64,000 nt of DNA from Tubulanus polymorphus (taxonomy: Eukaryota > Animalia > Nemertea). Made by a program: the position numbers and the translations under genes. The stretch lies in contig NC_134030.1 of the NCBI RefSeq assembly GCF_964204645.1, positions 8,413,122-8,477,121 of the forward strand. Reading direction: 5' to 3'. This document shows positions 13,485 through 25,345 of the stretch, piece after piece. How positions within the stretch are numbered: the stretch's first letter is position 1; each line of letters opens with the position of its first letter. The notes beneath the pieces are model-generated. The model saw only the letters and a list, made by a program, of their open reading frames with translations. It had not been told where the DNA came from and did not search any database.

Positions 13485-13810
13485 AACTGGCATCCTCTCA
13501 CGGCAGGGATTCGAACCTGATAGTATCGCTACACTCAGCCACGGCATGAACCCTGCCACAGTAGACCAGGTGCGCATGTACATGTGCAACGTTACCGCAC
13601 CAAAACTTGCGGCACCAATCAGATTGCTCGCTGTATAATCGCTAAGATAAATTTCACGGAAGAACTATAATGGGCTAAAATAAAACGGGATATCTGATTG
13701 GCTGATAATGACATCATTTAAGCTGTGCGCACACGTGGTTGGGTTTCGTACCGTGGAATCTCGATGCCATGAGGTTCGAATGCCTGCAGGGGGAGGATGG
13801 TTGAAGTTTT
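13485..13810. repeat. Degenerate inverted pair of tRNA-derived (SINE-head-like) segments
   Basis: ggcagggattcgaacctg (13502-13519; B-box GGTTCGAATCC on the minus strand) faces gaggttcgaatgcctgc (13771-13787; plus strand). Flanks are weakly complementary (gcatcctc/gaggatg; ccaatcagat/atctgattgg). Confidence 0.45.
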
Positions 13811-14212
13811 CAGCCGGCTTTGAAAAAATCAGCGCCACATATTCATACTTATGTGGGCAGCATTATAACAGAGGTGATTTGTTCATCGAGTTCATCCTCT
13901 GGATATTTACATCTCAACCATCTTAGCATACTTCAGCATACAATCATTTCAGTATATAAACATATGCAAATGGAAATACTATTTTGGTCACCAACATGGC
14001 GTACAACAAGCTATTTTTCTTTTTTTGCTCTGCACCTCGGACATTGCAAACAGCGAACGAACATATAGCGGAGTTTTCGGTTTGAAAATTCGATGTGAAT
14101 CATATACACGGTTTCAATCACGAATCATTAAGGCACTGCGATATTATGGCGGATGATCAGAAGCACCTCGTTCGATTATTTCTATTTACGCAAAATCTTA
14201 GAAGAATCTAAG

Positions 14213-16657
14213 TCAGGGTAATAACACCCAACTGAGCAGTACAGATATAGTCACTGTCGACGTGAGCCATGCGGCGCTTATTTTTGGCGGTGACCCGTTA
14301 CAACTGTGCGAGCCGCACATACATAAATACCCGTTCCCCGATCGTTCTCGTCGGCATCCCTCGGACAACAGCAAATTCAGATTCAAATCGTTCGAACACG
14401 TCCGTTCTAAAATCAATCGACCTGGAAATAGTAAAAGGAAATGCTCCAATATCACGTGATCTGAACCGCTAGAAAAGTCATTTTTGGCTTGAAATAAACA
14501 TAGGTCTTGCAGGCTCTAGTTCTATCAACATGGAAAATACAAAAACGTGTATTTGGGAATACGTATATGGATATCAGCATTACTAACTGGAGCATTTTCG
14601 TCTGTTAACCATCACGAACGTTCAATATAGAAACGTTGTTACAACGACTGTAGATTTTATGTTCCTCTGAAGATGAGGTTTAGTTTTAACATTGAAACTG
14701 TTAGGAAATAAACTGTTCCTACAAATCTACTGTGGGTTTTTATTCGTCGCGTTGTTACAACGTTTCGACGCAGATGTTACGCGGTGTGGCATTCATAAAC
14801 CCAGATCTAAAGAAGTCTCACCACAAACGAGTAATTGTTTTTAGATCATGAACACGCAGCAGAATATAGAATGATAGATTTTTGAGGATAATATATGAAA
14901 CTGACTTTTACAAAAGCCAATTGTTTACTATTCATTATACCGCTTGAAAACATTCGACAGATGTTACAAGCCCTGTCATTGATCGCCAGACTATGATCTA
15001 CCGAAAATGGTGCATCAAATATAATTTTCATGCGCGTAGATCGAAACTTTAAGATAAATGCTACATTTTGTCCGTGCAACAGGGACTACATGGTCATTGT
15101 AGGCTTTTAATCGTATAATCTAAATCGATGTTCTAATTCTAGTTTCGACATTTAATCCCCGTAACTTATGTTGCTGAAAACAGCAAACGTGGATCAATCA
15201 GATGTTTTTTGCGACCTGGCAACATCAGGTTCACTAATAATTCTTATAGAGTGATCGGTGATGTGTCAAAACCTATAACAACACGTGCTTCATTATTTAT
15301 TTCGCTTGCACGGCTCAGACCGTGTGTAGAATTGCATGCATATATACATTTGCTATATTACTATCGGTCAGAATGGGACGAACTGCATCTGTTCCATTCG
15401 CTGGTCATATCAGAGAACGGCTTATGTTTAAACGCCTCCATAACGTAGTATACCCTCTTACCTCCCCGGTCTGTTTACAGTTTACAGACCAGTCGTACCA
15501 CTTTGCTCCGAGTTACAGAACCTTCTCTTAGAGATCATATCGTCCGAAGTCATTTAGTGGATGTACCTTTTAGGACACCCTGTGGAATCCCCTGCTTAAC
15601 CCTTCTGTGCTAATGACATAGAATCCTAGCTTTCAGAGGACAGTTTAAGACATTTCTGTGCACCTTTACTGCAGAGCGCTTTTGATGATAACAATTCTAC
15701 TTGATTCAAGGCCCCATTAAAATTCATGATCCTATACAATCTTGCCCTACCCACCTTCACGATAATGCGTCCATTTTACGCACACTCCGCCTCGACAAGT
15801 TTTAAGGAAGATCTCATCGCTGGTCGTAGAATTCTCAAACGACGAACACGTACTGTTTCCAGCTAATCCTTCACATTTAAAACAGTCTATATCCCCTGCG
15901 AAATAACAGTTGTTTTCATTTATTTGGTGAGGTCTGAACACCGATGCACATAATACGTTGAAAATTATTTCTTCATACCCTTCATAGAGTTGAAAGAAAT
16001 CTAATACGGCCTCACGGTGGAGGATGAATCCTCATGGAGGATCACCCGTTTGAACAAAGTGAGGTACTTCAATCTGGTTATTAGGGAATTTCTAAAACAA
16101 CCTTAAATTGCGCTTAGACAAAACAAAGGATTTGTGCAATCAATTCATTTTATCTTTATGTTCAGTTGTAAATCACTTTTGGTATGAATAACAAAATTGA
16201 TCACTTGATATGCAAATTGATTTTCAAAAGGTAGGTATCATTAGATATATTCGTTTTAGGTATTAGTATCAATATTCACTATATGAACTTATTTGATACA
16301 TGCAAGAACAAAGTTTAATCTTCTTTTTGGTTGGAATTGATATCATTTTGGTCAAATAAGCCCATGAATCTGGGCCTCGTATGCTTTTTGCGTATATGAT
16401 TGTAACAATTTGATATATAACTTACCTCCATATTCCTGTTGAAATGACCCGGAAGGCATCAACATGAAGACTGCAAATAAACCGAAAGATAAAATGAATA
16501 TGTTAGCTGGGTTGGCCACTTTAAGTTTGATACCATCGCAGCATTCGTTGACTTTACGTCGACGACTGGTTTCACGACGCGATCGGCGTCCCACTTCCTC
16601 GAGATACGCCAAGCGTCGAATGTCTCTGGTTGCCTGGTAGTCCTTAAGCGACACCAT
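14213..16657 (-). CDS. Ly6/uPAR three-finger (quiver/sleepless-like) GPI-anchored protein; exons 16657-16426, 15895-15755, 14421-14213
   Basis: Spliced product: hydrophobic signal (IFILSFGLFAVFMLM), then DIDCFKCEG...C...CRGGVCVKW...ERTCS...GCRRERSGNGYLCMCGSHSCN (10 Cys ending in C-x-C-x4-CN), then a GS omega-like site and hydrophobic tail. Intron phases 1/1 are consistent. Confidence 0.85.
14662..14707 (+). ncRNA. Minimal type I hammerhead ribozyme-like motif (degenerate stem II)
   Basis: Stem I ttcct/aggaa; core CTGAAGA(T); imperfect stem II gaggtt/aacatt; GAAA-ctg-T-T. The downstream tctactgtgggtttttatt is shared with the repeat at about 55.06-55.2 kb. Confidence 0.5.
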
Positions 16658-18428
16658 AACGTAACTAGATACGACTAATGCAAATAAACAATATTCAAAT
16701 CATCACATATACACTTTTTTATGTTTCTTCGATTACATCGCGCTGAACAATCACCGGCTGCACGCCTCATTTTTTTCTACGTCTTCGAGTGCACGAATGA
16801 TCGTCATATACTTCCAAAATGTAATACTGGAATATATAAGACTGGAGCGAAGTCTCTACGAACGTGTGTGCATTATTTATGGACCAGCTCGATGACCGCT
16901 ATCGTTGCTGGCATGCTTTGCGGATTACTCGAAAACGATACGTGATTTTATTCCGGGCGGTATTCCAGGTGGTGACATGCTAGTCTCGCCGATACTTGGC
17001 GGTGACCTGAGAGACTTTTTCGCAGACTGGTGGTGACCGAAGTTAGAAATCAATTTTATGTTGAATTTAAATGACACACCATCGGTTACGAAGCACATCT
17101 GTGCGAACGTGGTGCAAAACGTCGAGTCCCACAGGCACCAATGATATCGACGCAAACATTGATATAGTAAAAAGATCAGATATAGTATATCGCCACAGGT
17201 TTCTTCAACTTCCAATTCTAAGTCATGCATGGTTGTACGTATACATATGCATGCTCACGTAATTTAAAGGTCAGCAGTTTTGGGGAAGCTTGAACATCTA
17301 TTTTCTAGCAGAATACTTGTCTCCGACGGGTTCGAAAAGCGAACTTTTGGTAGAGCCAAGCAGAAGTTGAGAAACATCGCTGCAAAGGCGGATCGGGGAT
17401 GGTGCAAATAGAGGTAGTGCAAATAGATACCCGAAAAAATTTGATGACTTGCTGAAATATCAGCCTAAGAAAAGTAGATAATGCTTCCTTAATCCTTTAT
17501 CTCACGATAATTGAAATGATTGAAGATCTATTGCATATTGATTATTGTAGCAATATTTGTCTAGAAATTGGATGTTATTTGGATACTCAAATGTTTTTCA
17601 TTCCTATACATCAGGTGTATACAATTACTGGGCCAAAATGATCTAATATTCAAGAACCAGTAACACTTTTTTAGATGAAATGCTTCGTCGATCCAGTAGG
17701 ATTATACGTCTTTACAAGACAGTTAACAGAATTTCACAGATGACATAAATGCGTAAAACTCAAGGAGAGAATTTCAATTTCGCCAAAGGTAACGGAGGGA
17801 AACATTTCGACCTTGTCACATTCGAAAAGAATATGAAACTCATCTCCGACCCTCAATAAGTATATTTCATCTCATGTCGAGGAATACGAGAAAATCGTAA
17901 CTGACGGGCCGCCGGCATTTTCGAAGAACCAAGGCGAAATTTTGCCAACCTCGAGAAAAGCCTCAAACCCTTCGTTATAATCCCCAAAACAACATTCATC
18001 AAAATGGCTTTTTCAAACATTGAATAGTAGCGTCGATGATCATTTCAAAGGCTCACTTTGAAAGATTGACTAGGCGAAAAAACCACGAAATTTCACTTTC
18101 GTTCTATAGAGCGAGTGCATCGGCAATTCTTTTTAGCGTGTGTCAGCTGGTAGTATAAAAGCATCCTACTGATAGTGAGAATATATTTACATATAACAGC
18201 CATTTTCGCGCGCTCTGACGTGCTAGTTACAATATCGATACGTACATTCTGCATTGTAAAAACCTTCATAAGCACACTGATTATTCGAATTTTATTGAAA
18301 TTGAGACCTTTTTTTCTCGTTATCATCTAGACGTCCAGGGTCCACTTTCGTGACTATTGAGCTATAGAATATAATGGAATGTTTACTATAGTCAAGGATA
18401 AGAGTAGACATTGTAACTCTATAAGTTT

Positions 18429-18472
18429 GAAGATAAAATGATGCGTACTAAAGATAAAATGATGCGTACTAA
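18429..18472. repeat. Direct tandem duplication (aagataaaatgatgcgtacta x2)
   Basis: Seen directly. Confidence 0.8.
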
Positions 18473-20586
18473 AAAGCAATATTGAGGATAGGAAACTGCC
18501 ACTTGAAACGATTGGGCCGTGACCTATTATAGAACTGAAAGCTTTAACAGTTCTTTGTGGCTGACTTAATTACAATCAATAGAACTAAAAACACCGCAAA
18601 TGTCGCTATGAAATTAGTATATACACGAAATAATCTTTTATGATAGCCGTTTAGACCTTAACGAACGGACACAGAACAGTGTTGAAAATGTGCCTCGAAT
18701 ATATTGCATTTATATTACACAAGCAAGCATGAAGTTCATGTACAATAACAAGCACGTAGAATTGATCGTGGTTAATTATTTACTGGTTTTCAGGCGCTTG
18801 GCGATTTTTGAAAAATTGTGAAAATGGAGTCCCGTTAAAACCGAACGCACTTTAAACATACATTCCTTTTGAACAGTATTCCCTCCAAATCAACATTCTC
18901 AAGATATACATATAGATTTTATCTTAACTGGGATCAATTTTCTCGAAAGCCGCGATTGGTCTGTCCGCAGTACGCTTCGATGTGGGTCCAGCGCCTCACA
19001 AATTGCTTGTAAGTACAGCCCTCAAAGGCTTGCGCTGGATCTCTTAGTTATTCCAAATTATGAAAATGACCCTATTTTGTAATGAAGTTAAATGAAAAAT
19101 AAATCGTTATTAGTATATTGTTACACGGTTATTGTGTATTTGTAAAAATCCCAGATATTCCTGCTTGAAATATCATAAAATATTGAGGAATTATGAATAA
19201 ACATATAAACACATATACTGATACATGTCGTTATTGCGTTGGAATAGGGCCACATTGAAATACTGGCATGGTTTATATTCCCTCCAGATGGTGAAACGCA
19301 TTCATTATATACACCGTGATGTTCACTTTTGGTAACTGTATTTTACCGGGTCAATTAGATATATTTCGTGGTTTTATGTATCGAATCGTCTGAAAATTTG
19401 TTTTCGAATTTTCGATTTAAAAAATTATTTTTACTAATTGATAAACTGTTTCGTAGAGACGGATTCCCGGCTCGCTCTTTCGAACTTACCTACGAAAATT
19501 GCTGTGATGGAGCTGCTGATTGAAAACGAAGTCATACTATCGCTAGAAATTTCATCCTCGAATTCACCGATCAAGTCACTCGTTTAAATCCGCAACATTT
19601 CCCTATAAACGTGATAGGCTGGAGATGGAATGTCACGATGGCGGGTCACGAATCCACCCCGTATCTGCGACGTATCCCACGCGAAAGTGTGTCCGTTTCT
19701 AAATATTTTCCGCTATAGTAAATTTGAAATATTTATCCCAGCACTTCCGTACAAATTAAAAATTCATTCGTATACAATTTTCAGCACTTGCGGGATTATA
19801 TTCATTAGACAAGAGCGCGGGTAATAAGAATGCGTGGCGATTTTGTAAGGCGGAAATTTTCGGCCGCAATCCAAGTATGAAATCTCGGGCCATAGCGCTC
19901 CATTGTAGCTTTAAAGTACTGCGCCGTCGACGGGCGTTGAAGCACGACACATGTGTAAACCGAATTAGAAGTAATCCCAGAAATTTACACGCGGCGCATA
20001 TATGCTAATATTGTCGGACTTACCTAGATACGTGCTAATATCAAAATACGAATGATCACAAGTGATTTAACGCACATGATATGTTACTTTTCATGTTGTG
20101 TGTATGGCGATGCAGTTGCAATGAATTTTTGATATCGTCAAGTGGTATAGGAATGTTGCCCCTTTTTCACCAGTTATCATTTGAAATCGATTGCTGGAAC
20201 GTATATGTATATATGACTATATTCGAATTCTATCGAAAACCGATGTATTGCGCGTAAAAACTCGAACACTTTGACAACCATCCATCTGCAGCTGTCCCAA
20301 TGATATTGATGGAAATAAAAGTAAACACAATGGCGATTCTTACATGCGTATATGTTTTCGCCTGTACTATGATTTAGACCGCGGGGTAGATTCTTTATTC
20401 ACGGAAGCCACTGATGTCGAATAGAGAATATATAAGAATTGCTGATGAATTAAGTGTTCGAAGGAGAAGAGCTAAATAAAAAAGAAATCGTCTGTTGTGT
20501 TTTCGTAGGCTATTGGTAACAATATTTTTGTGATCATATGTGAAATTTTATTACGTACAATTGTAATCTTGACTGATTGAAATTCA

Positions 20587-20895
20587 TAATAAAGATTGTT
20601 TCCAGTTTCTAGGCGCAATTTTGTGGCGGTCCCTGGAGATCCCCATTATTGCGATAATTTGCGCTCATTTTTAAAACATATGTTTTGATTGAATATCATA
20701 AAGCTCTGCAGTCCCTTGCTTGATAAACTTAATTTATAAACCATTTTAAAGGAACTGAAATGCTGATATTTGATGATAGTAATATTATATTCAATCAAAA
20801 CTTATGTGTTAAAAATGAGCGCAAATTATCGCAATAATGGGGACCTTGGGGGATTGCCACAAAATGGCGCCTAGAAACTGGAAACTTCTTTATTA
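20587..20895. mobile_element. MITE / foldback element with terminal inverted repeats of about 110 bp
   Basis: gtttccagtttctaggcgc...ccccattattgcgataatttgcgctcatttttaa...gttttgattgaatat is mirrored by atattcaatcaaaac...ttaaaaatgagcgcaaattatcgcaataatgggg...gcgcctagaaactggaaac. Confidence 0.85.
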
Positions 20896-23179
20896 CGCCA
20901 AATAAAGAAATGAGAGAACGAAAAACAAATCAAGCGAAAACGCCTGAACACAGTTGATACTCATCTGCCATCTATGAAGAACCATGCACTGGTAATCGTC
21001 AAAAACTCATCTGAGCTATATCATGCGTATTGCTGTGAATATAAATATATTCATACCCAATGATGATGGACTGCCACAGAAACTACTTTGCATAAGAAAT
21101 GAATAAAAAAAACCCAGTTGTGAAGTGGCCATCATAAAAAACACATGAATATGTATCAGTTCTATTGGTCTTACGTAAAGGAGCGTGAGACAAGATTTTT
21201 ATTTCTCGTAAAATGTTTTCAGAATTAGCCAAAGCTGAGCTAATTTCTAAGTGGCACATCATGTTCATGGTGATTTTTTCGAGCAATAAACGAATACAGA
21301 CCCTCAGATCATGAAACTACGTTTAGTATACCTATTTGCTTTTATTGCTATACGTCTATATTCTGCGTAAGACGCTGATGGGTTTCTTTGATTTAAGGAG
21401 CAATTACAGATACAAAAACACAATTTCTATAACCCAATTTCTATAACCTCCTTTCACAATGAGACACGGATTATGAAGATTACATTATGCCATCTATACT
21501 TGTATTATCACCGACAATGAACACCGACGAACGCGGCACAATAGATTTAACTCGTTCTATTCGCATCACCAACGTTACTGATGAGGAGAGAAGAAACCAT
21601 CCGTACGACCCCTTCATACAATCGACGGATACGCGCGCTCCTAGATATGCGGATGCTGCGCTGTGATGGAATGTAACAGGTAAGACTTTGCATCAACTTG
21701 ATTTTCTCGATGAATTATTCATTAACAAGTTTAGTTTCCTCACGTTTATATATAATGTAGAGACAATATTTTAAGGTCTATTTCAATCATTTTCGTGAAT
21801 AGAATTATATATACGCATACGATGTTTTAAGGCATGGACGCAAGAGGTATGATATACCGTACGTGGGATATATTCAAAAAGGATACGCATTCACGGTTTC
21901 GGATAACGATTACGTTACGAAATAACTGTAAGCAGCTCTTAATTGCATAAAGCATCGGCTGACGCCGCGGCTGATAATCGGGCTTCCGCCCGAACGCTTT
22001 CGTCAGAACTCTGTTAATGTAGTCTTAATTTGAAACGATAATACGGACGCCAAGTCACCCATGATTGGTTCACTACCTTACAGCCATTTATATTACAAAT
22101 GTACATAATATGTATTCCGACCCGATGTATATTCCCATTAATTATTATTCCATTCCATAGCAGCTAGTGCTTAATAGCAAATGCTCAATCTTTCGATTGG
22201 GAACGTATTTCGATACATCTAATCAGGGGTTCATTGCTTAATTGATATCAGGGGAAACGGCTTTCATTCGGTCGTGGTAAGAACTGGAATATTCCGCGTG
22301 ATAAAAGGTCATTCATTGGCTATCTCTGTTCATGCTTCACCCTTCTCCCCTGGTCTCATCACGAATCATCGAGAATTATCAACCGATTGTAAACTATTCA
22401 ACGTTTTCTATTCGTATTTTCACGTTCTTTTTGCCAAGATGTTTTTCTTCTCTTGTTCTGTAATCTTTGCCAGTAACAAATCAGCACGCGCGTATATCGT
22501 CGAAAAACAGAAAGCCTGACTTCTTAGACCAAGTGCATGTGTGCGCGAATGATTCAATTCTCAGGGTCTATCGACATTTTCTGTGGAAACCTATTTCAGC
22601 CAAGTTGTAACCAATCGTCGCACTAATGGCTAGAATGGCTGGCGTTGTGGTCGTGGCCTCAAGCCGTACAATGCAGTCCAATTATATATATTCGCCTTGG
22701 GACGCTATGCCTCCATCTAGTACAAACAGGATCGTGTACAGAACGAATTAAAGGTTGTGGTAACATAATTCAAAAAAAGGTTTTAGTGTTTTGTCGATTG
22801 CAATTCCAGAAGAGACCCCAGGCACCACACTTCGTGGTATTGAGCGATGACAGGATTCGGAGTGGATAAAGCCTTGGTCCTTGTCTACCGAATAGCTTTT
22901 ACAATAGAAGCTCAAAGATTACGACCGTCTCGAATAACACGCTGAAGCACCGACATCGACTTTCTTCTTCCTAAAGAAATGGTATTGACAAAGCAACTCG
23001 TAAAAATAGTGAACTGTGAATTTTGGAACAAGCTGTTGACAACGCTGCAGGATGCGCTGCAACACATGTTCATGAGCAGGCCTGCGTTAAGATCTATCGT
23101 CTAGCAGAAAAGATTTATAACGTCACACTTGTGTTTTCATGAGTATATTTTTTGATAGGCGTTTGAATGTATCTAGATC

Positions 23180-23503
23180 ATAATCATCGCTTCGCATGCT
23201 CTTCCATGTCATTAACAAATTAATGAGAAGAGGAGATAAACATTCTCCCTGTCTTACTCCAGAAACCTTACCGAATTTAAAGTAAAGTACGCAATTGGTG
23301 AAATGAATATAATATGTGCTTCACTGTTTTATGCATTATTCCGAGTATAAGTCATTACTTATAAGTTGATTTATTAAAATAGACCCATCAACTAAATCGA
23401 AAGCCTTAGAAAAATCCCAGAAAGCAACATGTACTTCGTTACATCTGCTGATGAAATGATTTATTACTGCATTGAGAAAAAACCTTTGATCTATGGTGCT
23501 GTA
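23180..23503 (-). mobile_element. Decayed non-LTR retrotransposon (LINE) reverse-transcriptase fragment
   Basis: Minus-strand translation YSTIDQRFFLNAVINHF...VHVAFWDFSKAFDLVD and GVRQGECLSPLL, hallmark non-LTR RT motifs, interrupted by stops and deletions. Confidence 0.8.
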
Positions 23504-25189
23504 CGAGGGTCCACATAGCTACACGCTTAATGCTGATAGCTTAGGGTATATTAGTGACATTGACTAAAATCATCAGACTTTGCTTGTTGTATTAATTAAC
23601 TATGCCGCCGGTTCGCAAATTAACTTCCTTTTAACTGCTTAAATATATTGACATACCGCATAAGGATTCTCTCAGAGGGGAGCCTTGAGCATTGGATAAA
23701 GAGATTGGATATGTTGACCTTTGCTTCAGGGCCCAATCTACCCGTATGAAATCATCCGCGTATTGCCCAGTGGTAAGATTGCTTATGGATTAAGCACGGA
23801 GGGATCTTCTTCAATTAGATTAAAGGATCGTGATACCCTGACCATATATAGGGATTCATAAAATTCCTGTTTGTTAATCAAGGATTAATGGGTGAGTATA
23901 ATATGATTAACGGTCATGCTTCTTATTCTCATAATTCAGTTATTCATAGTCGTCCTTTGAATATTAATGCAAATCACCACTGGCTTCAAATTTAACCCAT
24001 TGAGACCAGACCGCTACTTGTGACCGAAAGTGACCGAAAATTATCAAACGATGCTTTAGACCTAATTGGCTTAGAAACCTTGGGTTTGTTTGAGGTTCAG
24101 ACATTTTCAATGAAACAAATTTCGATAATTGAGCGTAATATGTAATATAAAACATAAGTCTGTTATAGGAACGGCGCTATATTCACATTTTCGAAATGTA
24201 TTCTATCGTATTGAACAGATAATTCAGATATTCTAATTTACGCTTCAAACTATGCTTTCCAATCAGCAGGCCTACTCATTCGGTATACGGTTCCTGTAAT
24301 GCGATTATGCACATTGACGATGCAAAAATTTAAGAGTTCATCAAAAGCAAACCGAAATTATATAATTGTATAACTGTCCCCGACCTATCGTTCTCCTGAA
24401 TAAATGACGCTCAAAAGCTTTTCCGTACGAAAATCATTTCCAAAACCGCATATTCCAAAACGATTTCGTAAAATTATCTTAAGTCGTATCAACAATAACT
24501 ACCTGGATACATTACTATCAGTTTGACACCGAAACTTTTTTATCATTACATTTTTTTTGTGAATTGTTTAGGTATTTTGTTATTTGGGGCACGAAAGGGG
24601 AATATCGAATGCATTTACCAAAGGAGACAATGACATTTTCGTGAAATACGTGTACTACATTTTCAAAATTGCTATTTCGAATCGATGAGGATGACACCGA
24701 GGTGATCTATAAGTATATATACACTATCGTTCCCACAGAGCTGTCCTCTTCGTCGCTATGTCATTATCATCGCCGTGTGTTGCATAAGCCGTTGTCCAAA
24801 CACACATCGGTTTTACCTGATCACAAGTCAGGAATCCAATCAGTAAAATAACGGGAATCAATATCACTATGACAGACGATTGCTTGAGGTCCAGGATTAC
24901 TTATCATCCATCGGGTAATCAGACCCAATACGAAGTGGCCGCGCCCTTCTTATTTCAGAGCTGACGTTGATAAATCGAACTGCCATTCGACGTCGCGTCG
25001 TTGGCAGTTCTTCAATATTTATGCGCGACTATTCAAACTTGCGATGGTTTTGTTTTTATTATCGCACGACGCCTGGATGCTACCAGTAGAAAATGCCAAC
25101 AGGCGAAAGACGTTGGTTAACTGTTACGAAAAATGACATCCACTTTTGGGCCTTTATAGCCTCAACAATAGAGAACCGCAAAACCAGCT

Positions 25190-25345
25190 ATCCCAGCCGA
25201 AGGGGTGCGACGAGCACTCAGCCCTGCGTTGTCAAAATTAGTTCATTTTCTTCTCAAGAACTTTGATACTGAATTTTAAGGCTCCCAAATACATCACAGG
25301 ACCCACCAAATATACAATAAAATCATTTTTCTACTCAGATCTTGG
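25190..25345 (+). repeat. Dispersed repeat, second copy at about 62595-62780
   Basis: Shared gagcactc..tgtcaaaa(a)ttagttcat..gaactttga..acaggacc blocks. Confidence 0.6.

Noticed and set aside
21578-21606. ctgatga...gaaa hammerhead-like string
   Set aside because: No stem II can form between the core boxes.
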